From Nanobdellota archaeon (lineage in GTDB: Archaea; Nanobdellota; Nanobdellia; Pacearchaeales; GW2011-AR1), in assembly GCA_018815925.1 (NCBI GenBank), contig JAHIWS010000017.1, positions 15,285 through 79,284 on the forward strand: DNA of 64,000 nt, written 5' to 3'. Of this stretch, positions 28,942 through 39,005 are shown piece after piece. Below the pieces are notes generated by a model. It had not been told where the DNA came from, made no database searches, and saw only the letters and a program-made list of their open reading frames with translations. Each line of letters starts with the position of its first letter. The first letter of the stretch is position 1. The position numbers and the translations under genes were made by a program.

Positions 28942-29979
28942 ATGAAAGAAAATTCTTTTAAAAAGGCTTTGGTAATGGGGATTTTATTAGTCTTATTAGT
29001 TTTATCTTTTTTTCTTCTGAAACCTATTTTGATTCCTATGATAGTAGCATTTATTTTAGCATTTATTTTTAACCCGGTTTATAATATGTTTTATAAAATT
29101 TTTAAATCTAAAAATATTTCAGCTTCATTAATATGCTTAATCTTGCTTTTTTTAATAATCTTGCCTATTTGGTTTTTAACACCTATTGTTATTGATCAGT
29201 CTTTTAAGATTTATTTAGCTGCCCAGCAGATGGATTTTGTTACTCCTCTTAAAGGTATTTTCCCTTCTTTATTTGCTTCAGAACAATTTTCTGCAGAAAT
29301 AGGCTCTATTCTCCACTCTTTTTTTACCAAAACAACAAATTCCTTAGTAAATGAACTTTCCCAAATAATTTTTAATTTTCCAACTTTGTTATTGCAATTT
29401 TCAGTTGTATTTTTTACTTTTTTCTTTGTCCTTAGAGACAAAGATAAAGTCATAGATTATATTAAAACTTTATTACCTTTTTCAAAAGATGTTGAGACAA
29501 AAATGTTTGAATCTTCAAAAGGAATAACCACTTCACTTATTTATGGGCAAATTATAGTAGGTATAATCCAAGGTATTATTGTTGGGGTTGGACTTTTTAT
29601 TTTTAGTGTTCCAAATTCTCTTTTTTTAACACTTTTAGCAATTTTAGGGGGAATTTTACCTATCATAGGAACAACCCTTGTTTGGGTTCCTGTGGTTATT
29701 TACTTGTTTATAGCAGGAAACACATTTTCTGCAATCGGTGTTTTACTTTTTGGAATTTTTTCCTCTACAATAGATAATGTTATTCGTCCTTTAATTGTCT
29801 CAAAAAGAACTAATATACATCCTGTAGTTGTTTTAATAGGGATGATTGGGGGGTTATTCTTATTTGGTGTGTTAGGTTTTATTTTAGGCCCTTTAATACT
29901 TTCTTATCTTTTAATACTACTAGATACTTATAGAAAAAATCAAGCACCTTCACTTTTTATTGAGCAGAAGAAGAACTAG
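28942..29979 (+). CDS. AI-2E family transporter (UPF0118/PerM-like permease)
   Basis: 345 aa, about 8 TMs, characteristic C-terminal GMIGGLFLFGVLGFILGPLIL segment. Confidence 0.6.
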   Translation: MKENSFKKALVMGILLVLLVLSFFLLKPILIPMIVAFILAFIFNPVYNMFYKIFKSKNISASLICLILLFLIILPIWFLTPIVIDQSFKIYLAAQQMDFVTPLKGIFPSLFASEQFSAEIGSILHSFFTKTTNSLVNELSQIIFNFPTLLLQFSVVFFTFFFVLRDKDKVIDYIKTLLPFSKDVETKMFESSKGITTSLIYGQIIVGIIQGIIVGVGLFIFSVPNSLFLTLLAILGGILPIIGTTLVWVPVVIYLFIAGNTFSAIGVLLFGIFSSTIDNVIRPLIVSKRTNIHPVVVLIGMIGGLFLFGVLGFILGPLILSYLLILLDTYRKNQAPSLFIEQKKN

Positions 29980-30069
29980 ATAGATATAAAAATCTTTTTT
30001 TCCAATTAATTCTAGGAAAAAGGAAGAAAATCCTTTCTATGCTTTCCACAAGATAAAAAAAAGGGGAAA

Positions 30070-31545
30070 ATGAAACTTAAAACAAAATTTTTAAATTGGT
30101 CTGCAGGATTCCCAGTAGTTATGTTAAATGAAAAAACAGCAGGTGAAATGGGGGTGCCGGCCAAAGGAAGAGTTCTTCTTAAAACCATTTCAAAAAAATC
30201 AAAAGAAACAATGGCTATAACAAATCTTGTTAAGAATATTGTTAAAGAAAATGAGGTAGCTGTTTCTTCTGAAATCAAAAAAATACTTTCTGTTAAAAAG
30301 AATCAAAAAATTGAAGTTATTTTAGGCGAAATTCCTAAAAGTATAGAGTTAATAAAAAAGAAATTAGATAATAAACCTCTTTCAGAAAAAGAAATAGATG
30401 AGATAATAATTGATGTAGTTAAGGGAACTTTATCTGATCCAGAAATTGCTCTTTTTGTTTCTGCTCTCTATAAGCAGGGATTGTCAATGAAGGAAACAAT
30501 TTCATTAATAAAAGCTATTTTAAAAACAGGGAACCGTCTTTACTTTAAGAATAAATTAGTTGTAGATAAGCATTCAATAGGGGGAATAGCAGGAAGAACC
30601 ACTCCTATTGTTGTTTCTATTTGTGCAGCTGCAGGACTTATAGTTCCAAAAACCTCTTCTAGAGCTATAACAAGTGCAGCAGGAACAGCAGATATCTTGG
30701 AATCAGTAGCTGATGTTGATTTTCCACTTAAAAAAATAAAAAAAATAATACGAAAAACAAATGCATGTATTGTTTGGGGTGGTTCTTTAGGTTTGGTTCC
30801 AGCAGATTCAAAAATAATCAATGTCGAAAAATTACTTAAAATTGATCCTGAGGCACAACTTCTCTCTTCTATAATTGCAAAAAAACTAGCAGTAGGAAGC
30901 AAATATATTGTTATTGATATTCCCTATGGAAAAACAGCTAAGGTTAACAAAAGTAAAGCGTTAAAGCTAAAAAAGAATTTTGAAAAAATTGCAAGATATT
31001 TTAACAAAAACATAAAATGTCTTTTGGTAGAAAATACAGGCCCATTAGGAAATAGTATTGGTCCTTGTTTAGAATTAATAGATGTTTTAAAAATACTAAG
31101 AAGAGAAAGTCCTTGCCATTTACTAGAAAAAAGATCTTTAGAGCTTTCTGGAGCTCTTTTAGAAATGTCTGGAAAAGCAAAAAAAAATCAGGGCAAGAAA
31201 CTAGCTAAAGAAATTTTAGATTCCGGAAAAGCATTAGACAAATTTAAACAAATAATTAAAGCTCAAAATGGAGATTTGAATAGAATTTATCTTGGAAAAT
31301 TCAAAAAAAATATTTTAGCTTCTAGTTCTGGAAAAATACAAGAGATTGATAATAAAAATATTAATTTGCTTGCAAGAATTACTGGTTCTCCTATTTACAA
31401 GGGTTCTGGAATTTCTTTGCATAAAAATGTTGGGTCTAGGGTTCAAAAAGGACAGTCTCTTTTAACAATTTATTCAGAATCAAAAACAAGATTAAGAAAT
31501 GCTTTGGATTTTTATAAAAAATCTAAACCAGTAAGAATTAATTAA
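30070..31545 (+). CDS. AMP phosphorylase (thymidine phosphorylase family, archaeal long form)
   Basis: DKHSIGGIAGRTTPIVVSICAAAGLIVPKTSSRAITSAAGTADILESV matches the pyrimidine-nucleoside phosphorylase family signature; 491 aa with extra N-terminal domain as in archaeal AMPpase. Confidence 0.6.
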   Translation: MKLKTKFLNWSAGFPVVMLNEKTAGEMGVPAKGRVLLKTISKKSKETMAITNLVKNIVKENEVAVSSEIKKILSVKKNQKIEVILGEIPKSIELIKKKLDNKPLSEKEIDEIIIDVVKGTLSDPEIALFVSALYKQGLSMKETISLIKAILKTGNRLYFKNKLVVDKHSIGGIAGRTTPIVVSICAAAGLIVPKTSSRAITSAAGTADILESVADVDFPLKKIKKIIRKTNACIVWGGSLGLVPADSKIINVEKLLKIDPEAQLLSSIIAKKLAVGSKYIVIDIPYGKTAKVNKSKALKLKKNFEKIARYFNKNIKCLLVENTGPLGNSIGPCLELIDVLKILRRESPCHLLEKRSLELSGALLEMSGKAKKNQGKKLAKEILDSGKALDKFKQIIKAQNGDLNRIYLGKFKKNILASSSGKIQEIDNKNINLLARITGSPIYKGSGISLHKNVGSRVQKGQSLLTIYSESKTRLRNALDFYKKSKPVRIN

Positions 31546-31905
31546 ATTGTAACTATTTCTAAAAAGTAACAATAGAAAACTTTTTAAGTCAAGAATCTAT
31601 AAAAAAAGCATGGTACGAGTAAATATTGAAGCAAGCATTAAAGGTTTAGGAGATATTGGTTACATTGTTATATCTTGGGATCAATCATTAAGGGAATTAA
31701 AATCAAAAGAAGCATTAACAATATTTTAATAAAAATTAATGAATTTTCTCAAGGAAATATGAGTTATTATAAGATTTTAGAAGTTCACCAAGGTTGGCAA
31801 GCATATGCTGGGGAGCTAACACTTACAAACTAAGAAAAAGTGTTAAATTTAAAATTTTAAGTAAACCACAACTAATCTTTTAAAGTCTTTTTTTTTACAG
31901 AATTT

Positions 31906-32175
31906 ATGAGAGAAGTCAGTTCTAAAAATAAAGTTGTAGGATATTTTAAAAAAAACTTATCAAAAGGATACACTCCTGATACACTTAAATATGCCCTATT
32001 TAATCAAGGTTATTCAAGAGCAATAGTTGAAATGGCTCTAACTCAAGCAAATAAAGAACTAGCAGAAAAAGCACCTATTCTTAAAGAGAAGCCAATAATA
32101 AAACATGAAGTTCTTGATGAAGATGATAATCCTATTGAGATAAAAAAATCCTGGTGGAAGAGGGTATTTGGTTAA
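31906..32175 (+). CDS. Hypothetical protein
   Basis: 89-aa ORF, no recognisable family. Confidence 0.3.
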   Translation: MREVSSKNKVVGYFKKNLSKGYTPDTLKYALFNQGYSRAIVEMALTQANKELAEKAPILKEKPIIKHEVLDEDDNPIEIKKSWWKRVFG

Positions 32176-32271
32176 GTGACTAAATTTGAAGTTAATAACA
32201 GCTTAGTCAAGTAGGAGGAAGATTTTCTCCAACTAAACAAAATATTTAAACTCTTATAGGCATTGTAAAAT

Positions 32272-33807
32272 ATGAAGAAAAAGAAAATTATTAAGACTTT
32301 GCTTGTTTTAGCAATTGTTTTTATACTGGCTGATGTTGCTTTTCTTTTTTCAAAATCTAATTTAAAAATAGTTGATGCAAAAAATTTACCTGTTGTTTTA
32401 TCTTCTTGTGAAGATTCTGATCAAGGAGTAGAGCCTTTTTTTAAAGGAAGTGTTACTATAGGGCCTTCTGGAAAAAAATATGATGATTATTGTATAGGGG
32501 ATGACACTTTAGTAGAATATTCTTGTAATAGAAACAAAATAGCATCAGAACAAATAAAATGTGAATTAGGTTGTTCAACAGGTTTATGTTTTGATCCAGA
32601 ACCTCATTTATATCTTACACTCACAGTATATTCTGAAGCACTTGTAAATTCAGAAGAAGATTGGGACAGATATGATGTTATTTATAATTTTAGTAATTAT
32701 GATAAAACAAATAGTATTATGGCTGATTTTTTTAATACTGAAAAAAGAGAAAATATAAAAGATTCTTATGGTGTTCCTCATAAAATATCGTGGATGGCTT
32801 ATAGTTCTGAGGACATGTGTAATGCAAATAATGCAGATTGCACCTCTTTATATGATGTCCTTACTAATAATTGGGGAAAAGAAATAGAAAAATATGGAGA
32901 TACTGTTGAATGGCATCTTCATAATGAGTACTGGCATCCTAATGGAGAATGTTGGACTCAAGCATTATTTTTTGATGAAGATAGGCAAGAAGTTGCAGAA
33001 CGTATTTTAAATCATCTGGTTATTGACCATTCATATTTTCCAAGTGTCTATGGAGGAGGATGGGCCTGGATGGATAATGATCTATCTAATTTTCTTGATA
33101 ATTTAGTATTTTCAGAATATACAAATATAGCACCTTTTAAAAATATGCCTGGAGCAGGAGGGCCTCCTGATTGTTCTGGAAATTATTATGATTGGTCTAG
33201 GGCTCCAGATGATTGGGGTTTTTATAATCCTAGTGTAACTGATTATCAAATTCCAGGAGATCAAAACAGGACAGTTTTTAGATGTAAAGAATTTTCTATT
33301 GTTTATCTTTACCAGATGTTTAATAGAGCAGAAGAAACAAATGAAAATGTAATGGGTTGTTTTTTTATTCATAATACTTTGGGAAATGAAGGAATGTATG
33401 TAGCTAATTTTCTTAATAATAATGTAAAAAACTTAGCTGAGCTATATAGTATACCTGTTTCCTATGTTAATGTAAGAGAAGCCACACAAATTGCTTTACA
33501 AACAACAGATCAAACTCCTGCGGAATTAATTTTAAATTATAATGGGGATAACTTAGTTAATATTCAATCAAATGAACCTCTTTATAGTATTTATTCAGCA
33601 ATTAAATATGATAATAATTATCAAAGAGTTGAGGTTACACAATTAGAAAATTCTTATCAAGCAATAATTCCTAAAGATATTGATGATTCTTTTGTTTTTG
33701 CAGTTGCAACAACAGATTTAGCAGGAAATGTAAATGTTGTTCAGAAAACCTACACTCCAATTAAGCCTGCTCCATTAGATAGGACTCTTGAGAAGGTTTT
33801 TGACTAA
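32272..33807 (+). CDS. Secreted/anchored Cys- and aromatic-rich hypothetical protein
   Basis: N-terminal signal anchor KTLLVLAIVFILADVAFLF; 511 aa with many Cys, Trp/Tyr and N-x-S/T sequons. Confidence 0.5.
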   Translation: MKKKKIIKTLLVLAIVFILADVAFLFSKSNLKIVDAKNLPVVLSSCEDSDQGVEPFFKGSVTIGPSGKKYDDYCIGDDTLVEYSCNRNKIASEQIKCELGCSTGLCFDPEPHLYLTLTVYSEALVNSEEDWDRYDVIYNFSNYDKTNSIMADFFNTEKRENIKDSYGVPHKISWMAYSSEDMCNANNADCTSLYDVLTNNWGKEIEKYGDTVEWHLHNEYWHPNGECWTQALFFDEDRQEVAERILNHLVIDHSYFPSVYGGGWAWMDNDLSNFLDNLVFSEYTNIAPFKNMPGAGGPPDCSGNYYDWSRAPDDWGFYNPSVTDYQIPGDQNRTVFRCKEFSIVYLYQMFNRAEETNENVMGCFFIHNTLGNEGMYVANFLNNNVKNLAELYSIPVSYVNVREATQIALQTTDQTPAELILNYNGDNLVNIQSNEPLYSIYSAIKYDNNYQRVEVTQLENSYQAIIPKDIDDSFVFAVATTDLAGNVNVVQKTYTPIKPAPLDRTLEKVFD

Positions 33808-33855
33808 AAAGCCAAACAGAAATCTTTAAAACTCTTTAATTAATTCTAATATAAT

Positions 33856-33983
33856 GCCTCCATCGCGTAATGGTATCGCACCGGTCTTGAGATTAAACAC
33901 ATTTGTGTTTGAATTCTTCGTTTCTTACGAACCGAGAAAACCGGGCCCTTCGGGGCATCCCCGTTCGATTCGGGGTGGGGGCG
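33856..33983 (+). tRNA. tRNA-Ser (anticodon UGA) with 46-nt intron at 37/38 and long variable arm
   Basis: Hand-folded: acceptor GCCTCCA/TGGGGGC, D-arm GCG-AATGGTA-CGC, anticodon stem CCGGT/ACCGG with loop CUUGAG|intron|A, variable hairpin GCCC-TTCG-GGGC, T-arm CCCCG-TTCGATT-CGGGG, discriminator G. Confidence 0.65.
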
Positions 33984-34303
33984 TATGTGTGGCTTTATGC
34001 CACACTTTCCTAGAACTGTTTAGGTTTAGAAATATTTTTCATCCTCGTTTAGTGCTTAAATTTATTTAAGTGCTAGTGAGAAATCTTTGATTTCACTCCG
34101 ATTCAAGGGGGGGTGTATTTCACTTCAATTCCTGAAACCAAAGAAAGCCAAAAATTAATCCAGGTATTAAAAAATAAAACCATATTTTATTGCTTAGAGG
34201 TGTAAATAAAATTGCAAGTAAGCTAAAAATAGATATCACCTTAAAAAAATCTTTTTTTTGCATAAATTATAAAAATTAGTTTAGTTATAAAAATTATTGC
34301 ATC

Positions 34304-34552
34304 TTAACTCAATATTTTATAAGCTAATGTTCCGTAAAGAAAAACTTTTGATGCAGGAATAAACACATTCACATATTTGTTTGCCCAGTCTACATCTGAA
34401 AAAGGTGCAACCAAACACATCCTATCTAATTTTGAAAACGGCCTTAATAAATGGTTTAACATACTTGCTATAGCTTTTTTATCTGAAACCCCTGTTACTA
34501 ATCCATCAAGTTCTTTTTTCTTTTGTAAAATATATCTTGTAGATCTTTTCAT
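34304..34552 (-). CDS. Hypothetical protein
   Basis: 82-aa ORF downstream of L12; no recognisable family. Confidence 0.3.
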   Translation of the reverse strand: MKRSTRYILQKKKELDGLVTGVSDKKAIASMLNHLLRPFSKLDRMCLVAPFSDVDWANKYVNVFIPASKVFLYGTLAYKILS

Positions 34553-34643
34553 GACAAAAATAAATTTCTAATCCTTTTAAAATTTATTATACCAATATAT
34601 TAAAGTTCTAACTAGAAGTATAGAACTCTCAGCTATTAATAAT

Positions 34644-34934
34644 TTAACCAAATAGTGCTGAGAGTCCTTCTGCTGCAGCTTCTTTCTTTTCTTCTTTAGG
34701 TTTTTCAGGCTTTTTCTGTTCAGCTGGTTCATTAGATCCAGCAGGAGCAGCCGCAACAAGGCTAGCATTTTCTAGCTCTTTTGCTATATCAACACCTTTT
34801 AAACTAGCAACAAGAGACTTTATTTTTGATTCATCTGTCTCTGCACCAGCAGCCGCAACAACACTTTTTACATTTTCTTCACTAACTTCTTTTCCAAGTT
34901 TGTGTAGCAATAAAGCAGCGTATGTGTATTCCAT
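34644..34934 (-). CDS. rpl12: 50S ribosomal protein L12 (P1 stalk protein)
   Basis: [35 protein letters not shown]...acidic tail...GLSALFG, classic archaeal L12/P1. Confidence 0.9.
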   Translation of the reverse strand: MEYTYAALLLHKLGKEVSEENVKSVVAAAGAETDESKIKSLVASLKGVDIAKELENASLVAAAPAGSNEPAEQKKPEKPKEEKKEAAAEGLSALFG

Positions 34935-35244
34935 TATTTATTTTCCTCCGAATTTAGATGGAGAGTTTTATAAACTTCTTTTTCAGATTTAAGTACTTTT
35001 ATTAAGGACATTTCTAGTCTTTTTAATTTTTTATCCATTTCACTTAACTTTTCTTTATCTATAATTGAGATTATTCTATTGTTATTTCCATTAAGAGATT
35101 TTTCAAATAATTCTTTTTTATTAAAATAATTAATATATTTTGCAACACATTTTTCTCTTTGCTCTTTTGCATATGTTTTTATTTGTTCTGGAGGTAGTTT
35201 AATTAGTTCATCAGTAGTCATAGTCAAGGATAATTCATTCATTT
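34934..35244 (-). CDS. Hypothetical protein inserted between P0 (L10) and L12
   Basis: Track ORF 34934..35410 overlaps P0 in another frame; probable true start is the internal Met ([12 protein letters not shown]..., about 103 aa); helical, K/E-rich. Confidence 0.35.
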
Positions 35245-36194
35245 TTTTCTTCTCCTTCAGGTTTATCTGATTGAGTATTTTGCTCACTAGGTTTTTCGCC
35301 CGCTTGATTTGAATTAACTTCATCCTTTTCTTCTTGATTGGGAGCTTTATCTTCACTAGGCTTATCATTACTATTTTGAGCATTATCAGCCTTGTCTTTT
35401 TCACTAACATCTTTTTCTTCTTTACCTAATAAATTATCAAGAACTTTCTCATGGCCTGACGCCTTGCCAATTAAAAACTTAATAGTATCATCAGATGAAT
35501 AACCTATTTCCACTGCAAAACCTAAAGCTTTTGAAAATGCTTCTTTGAGTTCTTTAATTGTTGCTTCTGGATCAATATTAATATCCAAATATAATTTGTT
35601 TTCTTTTGTGTCAAAAGCAGCTAAAGGAGTAAAACCTATTGAAAAAGGTTTTATGTCTAGTTTGGCCATAATATCTGCAGCTGCTTGTTTTATTTTTTCT
35701 CCTTTTTTTGCAATTATTCTTGGTTCTTTAATAGTAATTTTTCCTTTTTCTATTTGAATTTGAATTCCTAAAGACCCTAGTTCAGAAATTGCTGGTCCTG
35801 GAACTAAATCAGTAGGTCCTTCTTGGACTTCAATGTCTTCTGGAGCTTCTTGCCCTGCTTTTGCTTTTGTAGGGGTCTTATTTTTTATAAGTTCTGCAGC
35901 AAGTTCAAAACAATCTAAATCTGAAAATAAAATAGCAGTATTTTCTTTAATATATTGACTAATTTTTTTAACAACCTCATTTCCTGAAGAATCAATTGCC
36001 CTAAAAACCAAAGATTTTTTTGGAACCTTAATAATTGCTTTTCCCCTGAGTTTTTTTCCAATTTCTTGGAATTGAGAGGCAGGAATATTTTTTATAGATG
36101 TTATTAAAACTGTTTTTTTGTCTTTGATTAGATTTTTTAAATCCTCTACTTCTTTTAGCTTTCTTTTTGGAATATTTTCTATTGTTTTTTTCAT
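35235..36194 (-). CDS. rplP0: 50S ribosomal protein L10 (uL10, acidic ribosomal protein P0)
   Basis: IPKRKLKEVEDLKNLIKDKKTVLITSIKNIPASQFQEIGKKLRGKAIIKV uL10/P0 N-domain; charged C-terminal tail. Confidence 0.88.
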   Translation of the reverse strand: MKKTIENIPKRKLKEVEDLKNLIKDKKTVLITSIKNIPASQFQEIGKKLRGKAIIKVPKKSLVFRAIDSSGNEVVKKISQYIKENTAILFSDLDCFELAAELIKNKTPTKAKAGQEAPEDIEVQEGPTDLVPGPAISELGSLGIQIQIEKGKITIKEPRIIAKKGEKIKQAAADIMAKLDIKPFSIGFTPLAAFDTKENKLYLDINIDPEATIKELKEAFSKALGFAVEIGYSSDDTIKFLIGKASGHEKVLDNLLGKEEKDVSEKDKADNAQNSNDKPSEDKAPNQEEKDEVNSNQAGEKPSEQNTQSDKPEGEEKNE

Positions 36195-36195
36195 T

Positions 36196-36825
36196 TTATC
36201 TTATTTTTATTTTTACAGGTTTAGTCATAGTGAATTTTATTTCCACATTCTTAATGTTTTCTTTGTCTCTTGGAAGAGCTTTTAAAATAGATTCATAAAT
36301 AATATTAATATTTTCAAGAATTTCCTCATCTTTCATACTCTGTTTTCCAATAGCAAGTTTAATAGAAGCCTCTTTGACCTTAATTTTAATACTATTATTT
36401 ATTTTATTTTTTAATTCATCAATTATTTTATCATTTATATTAACAATTATTCCAAGTTGTGGAGAAGGCATTTTTCCAGCAGGCCCTAAAACTCTTCCAA
36501 AAGTTGTAGCAACTTTTGGCATTAAACTTGCTTGAGAAATAAAAAAATCATATTTCTTAACTAAGTTCCTAAGTGCTTTTTTATCTTTATATTTTTTAAA
36601 TTCTTCTTGAGTTATAGTATCAACTTTTGGATTTTTTACTTCTAAAAATCCAGCTATTTTTTTATCTTTTATTCTAAATGGGACATTTATAAATAAGTTT
36701 AAGGGGGTTTTTTTAACATCAAACTTTTGAAGATTTACAATTAAGTCTACTGTCTGATCAAATTTTCTTTCTTTACTTTTCCGCAATTCAGCTAAAGCTT
36801 TTTTTAATTCTAATTTAAATTCCAT
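36196..36825 (-). CDS. rpl1: 50S ribosomal protein L1 (uL1)
   Basis: KERKFDQTVDLIVNLQKFDVKK uL1 signature; canonical position upstream of L10. Confidence 0.88.
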   Translation of the reverse strand: MEFKLELKKALAELRKSKERKFDQTVDLIVNLQKFDVKKTPLNLFINVPFRIKDKKIAGFLEVKNPKVDTITQEEFKKYKDKKALRNLVKKYDFFISQASLMPKVATTFGRVLGPAGKMPSPQLGIIVNINDKIIDELKNKINNSIKIKVKEASIKLAIGKQSMKDEEILENINIIYESILKALPRDKENIKNVEIKFTMTKPVKIKIR

Positions 36826-36973
36826 TTTATTCTTTTATCCTCCCAAATCATGCGTCACAAGCCTAGAATTTATCTTGTAACGATATGGTACAAACGGATA
36901 AATTTTTGAGATAAATTTAGTTTATAAATCTTCCTATCAAAATCTTTAAGTAATCTTCTTCTTATTTACTATC

Positions 36974-37900
36974 ATGAAAAAAGATGGTTTTTTGCAAATA
37001 TCTTTTAGTTGGCTTTTTGCATTTATTGTAGGAGGATTTATTTTATTTCTCGCAATATATGCAGCAGTAAAAATGATAAATACAAGTGAAACAGAAATAG
37101 ACGCTAGAATAGGAAAAGAAATAGGTATTTTACTTAATCCTCTTGAAATAAGTTTTGAATCTGAAAAAACAACTTCCTTAACAACACCCGTAACGACCAG
37201 GATAATTAATAAATGCTATCCAAGTGGGATATTCGGAGAGCAGGTAATTCAAATTCAACAAAAAAGTTTTAATAAGTGGACAAATACAAATATTGATATA
37301 GGTTTTTCAAATAAATATATTTTTTCAGAAAGACAAACAGAAGGAAAAAAATTTTATGTTTTTCTAAAACCTTTTGAATTTCCATTTAAGGTTGCTGATT
37401 TAATCTTTTTAAGTTCTGCAGATAAAAATTATTGTTTTGTTGATGCTCCAGAACAAATTAAAAACAAATTAACAGATCTTAGTCAAAAAAATATTTTTAA
37501 TGAGGATGATTTAAAAAACTGTCCTGAATCTAGTATTAAAGTGTGTTTTGGAACAGGAAATTGCAATATAAAAATAAATCAGAATGCTAATTATGTAGAA
37601 AAACAAAATAAAAGACTTTACTTTGAAACAGATGCTTTAATGTATGCTGCTATTTTTGCAGAGCCTGAAATTTATGAATGCCAGGTTAAAAGACTAATGC
37701 AAAGGACAAGCGAATTAGCAATACTCTATAAAGATAAGGCAACATTTATAGCTAGAACAGGTTGTAATTCTAATTTGGATTTAGTTTCTTTAAGTACTTT
37801 AGCCAGTGGGTTGGAGCAATCTTCTCAGCTTACCTCACTCTTCCAAATTGTAAATAAAATAGGAGAAAATAATAATGATGCAGATTGTAAATTATGGTAA
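36974..37900 (+). CDS. Type IV pilin-like protein (class III signal peptide), candidate 1
   Basis: N-terminus MKKDG|FLQISFSWLFAFIVGGFILFLAI: charged residues, Gly, then Phe-initiated hydrophobic helix (prepilin-peptidase-like site); rest extracellular and Cys-containing. Confidence 0.4.
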   Translation: MKKDGFLQISFSWLFAFIVGGFILFLAIYAAVKMINTSETEIDARIGKEIGILLNPLEISFESEKTTSLTTPVTTRIINKCYPSGIFGEQVIQIQQKSFNKWTNTNIDIGFSNKYIFSERQTEGKKFYVFLKPFEFPFKVADLIFLSSADKNYCFVDAPEQIKNKLTDLSQKNIFNEDDLKNCPESSIKVCFGTGNCNIKINQNANYVEKQNKRLYFETDALMYAAIFAEPEIYECQVKRLMQRTSELAILYKDKATFIARTGCNSNLDLVSLSTLASGLEQSSQLTSLFQIVNKIGENNNDADCKLW

Positions 37901-38423
37901 AACAAAAAAAGCACAACTCAAAATCCAGCAAATGGCATTTATGTTGATAGCAGTTACAATTTTTTTTGCATTAGTTGGTATGTTTGTTTTGGTATTTAAA
38001 TTTTCTGAATTAAAAGAATCAGCAAGTTTACTAGAAGAAAAAGATGCAATATTATTAGCTGAAAAACTTGCAAATTCACCTGAATTTTCATGTGGAGATA
38101 GTTTTGGAACACATAAGCTTAATTGTATTGATGCTGATAAAATAATGATTTTAAAATCAAGAATTTCAAGATATTCAAATTTTTGGGGAAGTTCTAATAT
38201 TGAAATAAGAAAAATTTACCCTGGAATTACTGGAAAAGTTCTTTGCAATTCTGGAAATTATCCTAATTGCAATATAATTAGACTTATTTCAGATGAAATA
38301 ACAGGAGTAGATGCTTCAACTTTTGTATCTTTATGTAGAAAAGAGCTTGATACAGGCTCTGATTTAGGGTTTTATAATAAATGTGAACTAGCTAAGCTTA
38401 TGGTGAGTTATGAACAAAAATAA
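37875..38423 (+). CDS. Type IV pilin-like protein (class III signal peptide), candidate 2
   Basis: N-terminus ...KIQQMA|FMLIAVTIFFALVGMFVLVF; overlaps upstream gene by 26 nt. Confidence 0.4.
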   Translation: MMQIVNYGKTKKAQLKIQQMAFMLIAVTIFFALVGMFVLVFKFSELKESASLLEEKDAILLAEKLANSPEFSCGDSFGTHKLNCIDADKIMILKSRISRYSNFWGSSNIEIRKIYPGITGKVLCNSGNYPNCNIIRLISDEITGVDASTFVSLCRKELDTGSDLGFYNKCELAKLMVSYEQK

Positions 38424-38480
38424 AGGAAACTAAGGTTTTCTTATTAACCCTTCTTTTAGGAGAGGGTTAAGTCTAATAAG

Positions 38481-39002
38481 ATGGTAAAAAATAAAACAAA
38501 AAAAACTCAGGAACAAAAATCAAAGATTTTATATAAGCCTAGAAAGGCTCAAGAAGAAATGGTCGGATTTACACTAATAATAGTGATAGTAGCTGTGATT
38601 TTACTTATTTTACTAGTATTTTCTTTAAAAAAACCTCAGCAACAAGCAGTAGATAGTCATGAAGTAGAAGCCTTTATTCAAGGATTATTACAATATACAA
38701 CAGATTGCAAAGATAATTTAGAATATTTTTCAGTTGAAAAGCTTATATATGCATGCAATAGAAATGAAAATTGTTTAGATGAAAGAAATACTTGTGATGT
38801 TTTACACACTACATTAGAAGATATTTCAGATCAAAGTTGGTTAATTTCAGACTCAAGTTCCATAAAAGGATATGGTCTAAATATAACAGTAAATGAACAA
38901 GAACTGTTTTCTTTTATAAAAGGCAATTTAACTAAAATATATAAGGGCACCATACAAGTAAAACCTTCAAAAATTAACATATTTTTTAGTGTTTATTATT
39001 AA
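38481..39002 (+). CDS. Type IV pilin-like protein (class III signal peptide), candidate 3
   Basis: N-terminus ...KAQEEMVG|FTLIIVIVAVILLIL closely resembles the G|FTLIE prepilin motif. Confidence 0.45.
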   Translation: MVKNKTKKTQEQKSKILYKPRKAQEEMVGFTLIIVIVAVILLILLVFSLKKPQQQAVDSHEVEAFIQGLLQYTTDCKDNLEYFSVEKLIYACNRNENCLDERNTCDVLHTTLEDISDQSWLISDSSSIKGYGLNITVNEQELFSFIKGNLTKIYKGTIQVKPSKINIFFSVYY

Positions 39003-39005
39003 AAC

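Noticed and set aside
33854-34069. 71-aa ORF MPPSRNGIAPVLRLN...
   Set aside because: Overlaps the tRNA-Ser gene and its 3' hairpin. The GC-richness is explained by the structured RNA, not coding.
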